A program made the translations under genes and the position numbers. Positions 37,641-45,530 of a stretch of DNA of 64,000 nt are shown here, one piece after another; the first letter of the stretch is position 1; the number at the start of each line of letters is the position of its first letter. The notes beneath the pieces are model-generated. The model made no database searches. It was not told where the DNA came from and saw nothing but the letters and a program-made list of their open reading frames with translations. Source of the DNA: Patescibacteria group bacterium (GTDB taxonomy: Bacteria > Patescibacteriota > Patescibacteriia > 2-01-FULL-39-33); NCBI GenBank assembly GCA_041650895.1, contig JBAZKF010000001.1:428132-492131 (forward strand), given 5' to 3'.

Positions 37641-37838
37641 ATGCCAAATATGAATGGAACTGGCCCACGTGGAGAAGGCCCTAAAACTGGCCGAGGATTA
37701 GGTAAATGCTCTGGCACTAATGGTGCCCAATCTACAGCCAACGACAACGAAAACCGCGGCTTAGGACGTGGCAGAAATAACTGCCCCAGCAGAGGCTTAG
37801 GCTTAGGACGTGGCTGCCGCAATAGAGTTTCTAATTAA
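37641..37838 (+). CDS. Small Gly/Arg-rich protein with scattered Cys (65 aa). Low confidence.
   Basis: The ORF lies immediately upstream of the DUF134 gene. The composition is repetitive (RGLG repeats). Confidence 0.25.
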   Translation: MPNMNGTGPRGEGPKTGRGLGKCSGTNGAQSTANDNENRGLGRGRNNCPSRGLGLGRGCRNRVSN

Positions 37839-37922
37839 TCCATCAATTCTATATGGAAGCGGATTTGAAGGAGCTAAAACTCTTGGCTCCTTAAACCCGT
37901 TTAACAAATCACCAATAAACTT

Positions 37923-38210
37923 ATGTGCCCCAGACCACACAACTGTCGAAAAGTATCCTTCAACCCCAACATTACTTACTTTAAACCTCAAGGAATGCCC
38001 ATGAGGCGACTTGAAGTTGTAGAACTTACAACCGAAGAACTTGAAGCCTATCGCTTAAGACACATCAAAGATCTTGATCAGCAAGAAGCGGCGGAGAAAA
38101 TGAACACTTCTGCCAGCACCTACCAAAGAATTTATTACTCCGCTGCAGCCAAAATCGCTGATGCTTTAATTAACGGCAAGGCGATTAAAATTATTAATAA
38201 TTGCCAATAA
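37923..38210 (+). CDS. DUF134/UPF0251-family predicted DNA-binding protein
   Basis: MCPRPHNCRKVSFNPNITYFKPQGMPMRRLEVVELTTEELEAYRLRHIKDLDQQEAAEKMNTSASTYQRI parallels the UPF0251 consensus (MPRPRKCRRV...YFKP). Confidence 0.65.
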   Translation: MCPRPHNCRKVSFNPNITYFKPQGMPMRRLEVVELTTEELEAYRLRHIKDLDQQEAAEKMNTSASTYQRIYYSAAAKIADALINGKAIKIINNCQ

Positions 38211-38211
38211 T

Positions 38212-39165
38212 ATGAAAAAAAATAAAAGAATCATCTTTTCAATTCTAGCAATTATCGTGATCTTTATAGTCGCTATATTTACCACGATTAATCTTAACCA
38301 AAGATTACAAAAAGACAATAAAAAACCCATTAATGCCATGCTAATGCTGATTGAATTTGAAAAAATTAATGGCATTCTTCGGTGGGAAAAAGAGTTGGAT
38401 AATCGCAAATTGACGGCTCTTGTTAAAGTTCAAGATAATGTTCTTAAAGAATATCCGGAAGTATTCAAGCGCCTAGCTAATAAAGGATATGAAATCGCTG
38501 GCGGTTACGATGAGGCTTCTTTTTGGGACATGCCATACGATCAACAATATGAACACATCAAGGAATCAAAAGAGTTGGTAGAGAAAATTACCGGTAAAAC
38601 TATGCGAGTTTTCGGCAGTCGTTATTTCGCTTATGATGAGAATACCTTAAAGGCTGCTAACGCCTTAGGTATTGAATATATTTTAGGACGAGGAGTGAAT
38701 GATGTTGAAGCGGTTATCTATCAGCCGATTGAGTATAAAACTAAAATAATTTCAGTCACCAACGTTGATGTCGGAGAAATGGGACGCGGATCATTGTGTG
38801 ATTATAGTTTATGGGCAAGGGGCTCTAATGCTAAAGACTTTGGTACCATATTAACTGAAAGCATCGCTAAAAATCCAATGAATATGATTCTTGTTTCTCA
38901 TGCTTATCTTGGCGGCACTAGGCTGGAATGGTGGCAGGAATATGAGAAAGCGCTTAAATCTGACCGAATTAAATGGGCCAGCTTTAATAATTGGCTAGAA
39001 AATCAAAAAGTAGTCACAATGGCCAACGCTAAAATTCCTTTAAATAAAGAGGTAAAATACGTATCGCCGAAACCAGCTAAAGAAATACAAGATTATGAAC
39101 CGATTCCTGGGGTTGAAACTATTCGCAATACAACTACTTCTGAAGATTTAATGATTTGCCAATAA
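38212..39165 (+). CDS. Hypothetical membrane-anchored protein
   Basis: N-terminal TM segment. No motif recognised. Confidence 0.4.
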   Translation: MKKNKRIIFSILAIIVIFIVAIFTTINLNQRLQKDNKKPINAMLMLIEFEKINGILRWEKELDNRKLTALVKVQDNVLKEYPEVFKRLANKGYEIAGGYDEASFWDMPYDQQYEHIKESKELVEKITGKTMRVFGSRYFAYDENTLKAANALGIEYILGRGVNDVEAVIYQPIEYKTKIISVTNVDVGEMGRGSLCDYSLWARGSNAKDFGTILTESIAKNPMNMILVSHAYLGGTRLEWWQEYEKALKSDRIKWASFNNWLENQKVVTMANAKIPLNKEVKYVSPKPAKEIQDYEPIPGVETIRNTTTSEDLMICQ

Positions 39166-39183
39166 GATATAAATTTATAAAAA

Positions 39184-39373
39184 CATCCTAAGTAACTAGG
39201 ATGTTTTTAATTCTAACAAATTCCCATCTTGGGTCACGACTATGATTTGCTCATACAAATACTTAACGATCCGAAAGAGACAGGGCTGATTAAGCAAAAA
39301 CTCAGGAATATTAAGGATTTGCACAAAATTCCTTAATATGGTATAGTGTCATTAGTTAAACCATACCATATTA
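39184..39373 (+). repeat. Fic-associated module copy R3: hairpin plus T-run, the peptide-coding-like repeat (39217-39336), and the palindrome AATATGGTATAG-N15-CATACCATATT just upstream of the fic2 ATG
   Basis: Shared architecture with R1. Confidence 0.6.
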
Positions 39374-39379
39374 AGCTAT

Positions 39380-40321
39380 ATGACCTATTTAAACCAACAA
39401 TTAGAAAAACGGATTAATGAGAAGTTTGAGCAACTGCAAAGGTTGCGCCCCCTGCCACCTACGGCTGTCGCTAAATTGCGAGAGCAGTTTTCGATTGAAA
39501 TGACCTATAATTCCAATGCTATTGAGGGTAATCGCCTGTCACTCAAAGAAACTTATTTGGTAATTGCCGAGGGCATTACTATTAAGGGCAAGTCATTCAA
39601 AGATCATTTGGAAGCCAAAGACCATTATGAGGCATTAAACTACCTTTACGATCTAATAGAACACGGTAAAAGGCATACCGTCTCAGAGTCACTAATCAGA
39701 AACCTTCAGCAATTAATCGTTAAGGATACTGACCCACAAGACGCTGGCGTTTATCGCACTGGTAATGTTGCCATAACCGGCTCTAGTCATAAACCGCCAG
39801 AATCTTTTGAGGTGCCTGAATTAATGCGTCAATTAGTTGATTGGGTGAGAAATAACAAGAATAAACTGCATCCGATTGAATTGGCGGCGATCGCCCACCA
39901 CAAATTAGTTAATATCCACCCATTCAACGATGGTAATGGTCGTACGGCTAGATTATTCATGAATTTACTTCTAATGCAAGACGGCTACCCATTAGTCATG
40001 ATTCTAAAAAATGATCGTAAAAAGTATTACCTAACATTAGAAAAAGCCGATAAAGGTAACTTAGCGCCATTTGTGGCTTTTATCGCTCAGGCGATTGAGC
40101 GCTCACTTAATATTTACTTAAAAACTCTAGCGCCGACTAAATCAAAATCAGAAAAGTATATGCCACTGTCAGAAATTAGCCAACAAACAACCTTTTCAGA
40201 CAAATATCTAAATCTCTTGGCAAGACAGGGAAAAATTGAGGCTCATAAAGAAGGCAGGATTTGGGTGACAAACATGGACGCTATTAATAATTATCTTAAA
40301 AATCGACAAAGACAAAAATAG
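39380..40321 (+). CDS. Fic-family protein, class II (second copy)
   Basis: HPFNDGNGRTAR active-site loop and the N-terminal inhibitory motif SNAIEGN. Confidence 0.8.
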   Translation: MTYLNQQLEKRINEKFEQLQRLRPLPPTAVAKLREQFSIEMTYNSNAIEGNRLSLKETYLVIAEGITIKGKSFKDHLEAKDHYEALNYLYDLIEHGKRHTVSESLIRNLQQLIVKDTDPQDAGVYRTGNVAITGSSHKPPESFEVPELMRQLVDWVRNNKNKLHPIELAAIAHHKLVNIHPFNDGNGRTARLFMNLLLMQDGYPLVMILKNDRKKYYLTLEKADKGNLAPFVAFIAQAIERSLNIYLKTLAPTKSKSEKYMPLSEISQQTTFSDKYLNLLARQGKIEAHKEGRIWVTNMDAINNYLKNRQRQK

Positions 40322-40344
40322 TTAATCGGCTTAATATTTTCTAT

Positions 40345-41019
40345 ATGTCGAAAATTAAAACTATAACTTCTATATGGGAGAAGATTTATGACAAAGAAGG
40401 CGAGTCGTATAAATACTATGATATTTTAGAGACGCCTCACCCAGATTTGGAGCAGGTTATAAAAGAATTTAAAAAGAGTAAGGCTAAAAAAGTATTGGAC
40501 CTTGGCTGTGGTGCCGGTCGTAATGCATTATATTTGGCACAGAATGGATTTACTGTTTATGGTATAGATAATGCTCCCACTGGTTTAAAAATATTAAGAA
40601 AAAAATTAAAAGAACGTGGACTGGTCGCTGATTTAAAATTAGAAGATGTTTATAAACCATTACCATATAAGGATGATTTTTTTGATGCTCTAATTAGTAT
40701 CCAAGTTATCCAGCATGCTAAAGAAGCTACAATTTTGAAAGCGATTAAAGAAATCACTCGCATTGTTAAGCCGGGCGGAATAATTTTTATTACTGTATGT
40801 GGGCGCTATTCTAAGGGCAAAGTAAGATTATTTTTAGTTAAAACTGCCAAAAAAATTGCTCAAAATACTTATTTACCTACGCAAGGTAATGAGACTGGAT
40901 TGATACATTTTATTTATAATAAGGATTTGATTAAAAAACATTTTAGTAATTTTAAAATATTAAAACTTTGGCGAGACAATAAAGACTATTTTGCCTTTAT
41001 TGCTAGCAATAATAAATAG
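40345..41019 (+). CDS. Class I SAM-dependent methyltransferase
   Basis: Motif I VLDLGCGAGRN and motif II/post-I context. Confidence 0.75.
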   Translation: MSKIKTITSIWEKIYDKEGESYKYYDILETPHPDLEQVIKEFKKSKAKKVLDLGCGAGRNALYLAQNGFTVYGIDNAPTGLKILRKKLKERGLVADLKLEDVYKPLPYKDDFFDALISIQVIQHAKEATILKAIKEITRIVKPGGIIFITVCGRYSKGKVRLFLVKTAKKIAQNTYLPTQGNETGLIHFIYNKDLIKKHFSNFKILKLWRDNKDYFAFIASNNK

Positions 41020-41132
41020 TTAGTTGTTCAATTCCCTTTCTCCTTAACAAAAAAATACTCAATTTATGAGTATTTTTTTGTAGTTGTATTCATCTTTACT
41101 ATCAAATTTGATAGTTATGAATAGTACCGAAA

Positions 41133-41209
41133 TGGGTGGATGACCGGATTTGAACCGGCAGCCGCTCGGACCACAACCGAGTGCTCTAACCAATTGAGCT
41201 ACACCCACC
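41133..41209 (-). tRNA. tRNA-His (anticodon GTG) with the extra G(-1)
   Basis: Reverse complement G-GTGGGTG...anticodon stem CTCGG/CCGAG, loop TTGTGGT...CATCCACC. Confidence 0.75.
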
Positions 41210-41240
41210 ATTAATTTTAAGCAAGAACATCCTCTTCCAA

Positions 41241-41312
41241 TGCCCTCGACAGGATTCGAACCTGTATTAAAGGATCCGGAATCCTTCGTTCTATCCATTG
41301 AACTACGAGGAC
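41241..41312 (-). tRNA. tRNA-Arg (anticodon CCG)
   Basis: Reverse complement GTCCTCG...anticodon stem AAGGA/TCCTT, loop TTCCGGA...CGAGGGC. Confidence 0.75.
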
Positions 41313-41336
41313 CAAAAAAATAATTCAACTTTGCAG

Positions 41337-41409
41337 TGTCCGCGGCAAGAATCGAACTTGCGACCAATAGCTTAGAAGGCTACTGCTCTATCCACTGAGC
41401 TACGCGGAC
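41337..41409 (-). tRNA. tRNA-Arg (anticodon TCT)
   Basis: Reverse complement GTCCGCG...anticodon stem GTAGC/GCTAT, loop CTTCTAA...CGCGGAC. Confidence 0.75.
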
Positions 41410-41484
41410 ATACTTAAAAAAAACCGATTTCAGTAAGTCAAAGTATAGCACAAAAAATGACAGAAGTCAAGATTGATGCTACAT

Positions 41485-42534
41485 TTATTTTTTATTTTTA
41501 AACTTATATTCTTCAATCACCCGCTTATAAACCTTCTGATAACCGGAGACCATCTTTTTAACGCTGAAAAAATTCTCAGCTCTTTTACGAACTTCTTCCC
41601 GGCTGATCTTATTGATATTTTTTATCGCCTTAGTCATTCCACTCACATCATCAACTACATAACCGGTTTTCTTATCAGAAACTATCTCTGGAATCGCTCC
41701 GCGCCTAAAACCAATTACCGGCGTACCGCAGGCCATGGCCTCAATCATGACCATACCAAAAGGTTCTTCCCACTGCACCGGCATCAACAATGCTTTGGCA
41801 TTTCTAAGGTACTCAATCTTAGCATCAAAATCAGCCTCTCCAACATAACGGACTTTTTTTCCATCAACATGCTTTTCAATCTCATCATGCCAATAACCTT
41901 CATTAGGATAACTTTTACCGGCGATAATAATTTGAATGCCCGCCTTCTTGGCCGCCTCAATCGCCAAATGCACCCCTTTATCCTTGGTAATCCTTCCCAA
42001 AAATAACACATAATCTTTGGGCTTATCATTAAAAGTAAAAACATTAGTATCCACTCCATGATAAATATTCCCCACCCAATTGAGCTCTGGAAGAAACTTT
42101 CTTTGAGCTAACGAAAAAGAAATAAAATTGGCATTCTTAAATTGAAGTATTATAGGCTTAAGTTCGTCCTTAATTGGGCTATGAATAGAATTAACCACTG
42201 GGGTTGAAGTAACTAAATTGGAATAAAACAAACTTAAAATATTAAAATGGCTATGGACAATATCGTATTTAGAAGCATTGGCAAAACACTTAGAAATCAA
42301 CAAATGCAAGTAATACTTTTTTTCATCTTCAGAGAAAACTCCGTTAGACATGTGTTGGGGATGAACGGAGACCAAATCACAATTAACTTCCGAATTACCG
42401 GCCGCATAAAGTTCCACGCTATTGCCGGAGGAACGAGATAATTCATTACTCAGCATAGCCACATGAGAATAAATAGCATTATAAGCTCTAAGCTTAACAG
42501 GATAAATATTAGAAACTAATTGTGCAATATTCAT
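41485..42534 (-). CDS. Glycosyltransferase family 4 (GT-B)
   Basis: EPFGMVMIEAMACGTPVIG, the characteristic GT4 E-x7-E region. Confidence 0.75.
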   Translation of the reverse strand: MNIAQLVSNIYPVKLRAYNAIYSHVAMLSNELSRSSGNSVELYAAGNSEVNCDLVSVHPQHMSNGVFSEDEKKYYLHLLISKCFANASKYDIVHSHFNILSLFYSNLVTSTPVVNSIHSPIKDELKPIILQFKNANFISFSLAQRKFLPELNWVGNIYHGVDTNVFTFNDKPKDYVLFLGRITKDKGVHLAIEAAKKAGIQIIIAGKSYPNEGYWHDEIEKHVDGKKVRYVGEADFDAKIEYLRNAKALLMPVQWEEPFGMVMIEAMACGTPVIGFRRGAIPEIVSDKKTGYVVDDVSGMTKAIKNINKISREEVRKRAENFFSVKKMVSGYQKVYKRVIEEYKFKNKK

Positions 42535-42535
42535 A

Positions 42536-43735
42536 TTATTTTTTGATTATATTTTTAAAAAGTTTTATATAGTTCTTAAAAACTTTATCGCTTTGATGAT
42601 TAGAAAAAAGAAAGTTTTTAAGTTTGTCAGGCATCGGCTTATTAGCAATAGCTATTATTTCTTTAATGGCGGAGCTGGGATTATTAAAATCAATCACCCA
42701 ATCTTGAGCACCATACTTTTTAAAAGCATCTACAAAACCAACATTTTCTGAAATGGCAATCGGAGTTCCTGAAGCAACTGATTCCAATACTACAAACCCA
42801 GCAGTCTCAAATTGTGATGGTAAAATAATTAAATCCATTTTTTTGCAAAAATTTCTAATTCCAACCTGATTAGTTTGTGGAATTATTTTTATATTTTTAC
42901 GATATAGCTTTTTGATTTCTTTATTTTTAGATGTTCTAGGAATTTTTGTGATTGAATAAAATTTCCATGGCAAACCGTTTTTTCTAGCTTGTTCGGCTAA
43001 ATGAGCTATTAATTCATGATTTTTTATTCTATCCCATCTAGAAATAATTCCAATATTAAAAGTATCTTTTGATATTTTTTTGTTTTTTTTATCTGCCTTT
43101 TGATAAAAAGCAAAGTCTATGGGCAGGGGGATGATGTAAGTTTTATTTTTAGCAGTCTTAGCGACATGAGCATTAAAGTATCTTCGACTCCAATCATTTA
43201 AAAATATATCTGCGGCTGCGATTTTCGGTATCTCTTTTTCCATTCCTTCCATTATCTTGCGGCCAGCCAAACTAAAAAAATCTTTATAAACTCGTAATTC
43301 CTTAGTCCATATGCCAGCATGCTGAATTGCTACTGGGATCTTTTCTTTTTGTGCTGCTTTTAAAATCAGCCAATTAGAAATCGCGTAGCCGTTTAAAAAA
43401 ATAATATCCGGCTGAGTTTCTTTTATTAATCCGGCAATCAAATCAATGGCCGGCCCAAAAAGCTTTTCGGCATTTATTTTATTCGGCGTACGCCCAATTT
43501 TTTTTGCTAGCGATCCAGGAACTTTTAATCTATAATATTGTAAGCTTTTAGTTTTGTTAATGAATTTCAGCTCTGGAGACTCAATCGAATTAAATTCAAC
43601 GATTAAACCAAGCCAAACATGTCCTTCAATTTTTAAAAAACTTTTAAACCGTTTGGCAAAGTTAGCCGGCCCGCCCTTGGCGTGATGTTTGGAATTAGGT
43701 AAGTTATTGGAATAATCGTTAGATAAAATTAACAT
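42536..43735 (-). CDS. Glycosyltransferase family 4-like. The ORF opens at 43804 and the preferred start is MLILSNDY at 43735.
   Basis: QFETAGFVVLESVASGTPIA GT4 motif. Confidence 0.65.
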   Translation of the reverse strand: MLILSNDYSNNLPNSKHHAKGGPANFAKRFKSFLKIEGHVWLGLIVEFNSIESPELKFINKTKSLQYYRLKVPGSLAKKIGRTPNKINAEKLFGPAIDLIAGLIKETQPDIIFLNGYAISNWLILKAAQKEKIPVAIQHAGIWTKELRVYKDFFSLAGRKIMEGMEKEIPKIAAADIFLNDWSRRYFNAHVAKTAKNKTYIIPLPIDFAFYQKADKKNKKISKDTFNIGIISRWDRIKNHELIAHLAEQARKNGLPWKFYSITKIPRTSKNKEIKKLYRKNIKIIPQTNQVGIRNFCKKMDLIILPSQFETAGFVVLESVASGTPIAISENVGFVDAFKKYGAQDWVIDFNNPSSAIKEIIAIANKPMPDKLKNFLFSNHQSDKVFKNYIKLFKNIIKK

Positions 43736-43736
43736 G

Positions 43737-44259
43737 CTACTTTTGAAATTTATTAATTGATTCTTTAATAGCGTTAATCGCCTCATCCTTATCGCCGAAC
43801 TCATAAACCTTGCTCCATCTTTCCCTCTCCGATTCCTTGTAATGCTTAAAAAATAAACTGACCTTTTCTTTCAGTGACAAATCCAAGTCTGCCAAATCCT
43901 TAATTCTGGTGTAGCTTTCATTCATTTCATTTATTGGCACAACTAAAATCTTACTGTCCTGCCCCTGTTCATCTTCCATCTTCAGTATCGCCACCGGCCG
44001 GCAAACAATCACTCGGCCCTTCTGCAATACTTGATCGGAAAGAATCATCGCATCCAAAGTATCGCCGTCATCAGCCAGTGTTTCCGGAATAAGACCATAA
44101 CTGAAAGGAAACGGCAAAGTCGTCGCCAACACCCGATCCACTTCCAACGAACCTGTCTGTGGATTGAGCTCAAATTTTTTTATTTCGCCTAAAGGCACTT
44201 CTACTAAGATATTGACTTCCTCCGGCGCCTTGTCGCCGATTTTTAGTTTGTTAATGCCC
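43737..44259 (-). CDS. ppa: Inorganic pyrophosphatase
   Basis: EVPLGEIKKFELN...DGDTLDAMIL... family I PPase motifs. Start taken at MGINKLKIGD. Confidence 0.8.
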
Positions 44260-44367
44260 ATAATGATAATCGACGTTAATATAAAAATATTAACATTTAC
44301 CGCGATTTTAAGCAAGAAAAAAGCCGCTTACAAAAGCGGCGCTGACAAACGTACTGCTTATCGCAGA

Positions 44368-44640
44368 TCAGAACAGATCAAACTCTCTGCGGACTCGTTC
44401 CAACCTGACCTGTAAAACCTTAGCCTTAATCGCCTCCACTTCTTCCTTGCTGATTTCTTTACCAAGGATAACACACTGACAATAAGAGTGATAAATCCTA
44501 CAATCTTCAGCACACACCAATAGATCGCACGAAGCATGAGGACTATGACTATCACTTATTTCCTTAACCTTGTAAATATAAAAACGGCCGAAAAGCTTGC
44601 TCTGATAATATTTACCAACTTCAATCGCCGGAGTGCTCAT
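44368..44640 (-). CDS. Small Cys-rich hypothetical protein
   Basis: 90 aa with 8 Cys/His. Confidence 0.35.
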   Translation of the reverse strand: MSTPAIEVGKYYQSKLFGRFYIYKVKEISDSHSPHASCDLLVCAEDCRIYHSYCQCVILGKEISKEEVEAIKAKVLQVRLERVRREFDLF

Positions 44641-44646
44641 AAGTTT

Positions 44647-45093
44647 TTACCCCTCCCCCTGTTTGTCGGAAGGTTGTACGAATCCCGCTACCATTCCGAT
44701 TGCTTCCAACCGGCTCTGCGCCTGGTTAACGTCAGTGATGACTTTGCATATTAACGTTGTGGCCACGCGCAAGGCATCGTCTAAATCGCCTCTCAAAAGG
44801 AGAAAATCACGACTGGTCGGATCTTTCGCAAACTGATGAAGTTGGAGGCTGGTGAAGCGACTGCCCCATTCCCGATATAACCGATCAATAACCGCTCCGC
44901 AACATTCCATCACTACGTTCATTCTCAAAAACTTAAAATGATGACAGTCCTCTCCTTCCTTCCAATAAGTGCCGCATAAATCGCAAGTTTCATCGCCTTC
45001 ACTGCCGTACATCACGCCGACTTCTTGCCAGGGCAATTTTGACGGACCTTGGGGTACGTCAAACCAATAATTCCCGCTCTTTTTTTCCGACAT
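44647..45093 (-). CDS. Hypothetical protein with Cys clusters (possible zinc-binding)
   Basis: ETCDLCGTYW...CHHFKF...ECCGAV. Confidence 0.4.
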   Translation of the reverse strand: MSEKKSGNYWFDVPQGPSKLPWQEVGVMYGSEGDETCDLCGTYWKEGEDCHHFKFLRMNVVMECCGAVIDRLYREWGSRFTSLQLHQFAKDPTSRDFLLLRGDLDDALRVATTLICKVITDVNQAQSRLEAIGMVAGFVQPSDKQGEG

Positions 45094-45184
45094 GGTTGTT
45101 ATCCTTTCAGTTGTTTAAGGTGCCCATTAAACTTATTATCAGCATTCTCTGCCTTGTTTCCTTTGAAATTTTATTTTTTTCAAA

Positions 45185-45517
45185 TTATTCTATCTTCAGG
45201 CTATCTAATAATTGATCTATCTCACTAGCGTGCTGACCACTATCGTCATGACGGAACTCCAAACGCGGAATACTGCGTAACACGATTTTCTTATTCAACT
45301 CACCTTGCAGACGCCGAGCCAGTAAATTTAACTTATAAACGGCGCGCTCCGCTTCAGCATCAGGCATAACACTGATATAAACAGTGGAATACTTCAAGTC
45401 GGCCGAAGTAGTCACGCGGGTAATCGTCACAAAGATATTAGGCAACTCCACCTCGCGGTTGATGATCTCGCCCAGTTGCTGAAGAATCAGTTCATTGATT
45501 TTTACCATCCGGTCTGA
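45185..45517 (-). CDS. rbfA: Ribosome-binding factor A
   Basis: MSDRMVKINELILQQLGEIINRE..., a KH-like RbfA fold. Immediately downstream of infB. Confidence 0.75.
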   Translation of the reverse strand, partial: SDRMVKINELILQQLGEIINREVELPNIFVTITRVTTSADLKYSTVYISVMPDAEAERAVYKLNLLARRLQGELNKKIVLRSIPRLEFRHDDSGQHASEIDQLLDSLKIE

Positions 45518-45530
45518 CATAGGAATAATA

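Noticed and set aside
41059-41367. 102-aa minus-strand ORF
   Set aside because: It runs straight through three tRNA genes (His, Arg-CCG, Arg-TCT), so it is an artefact of ORF calling.
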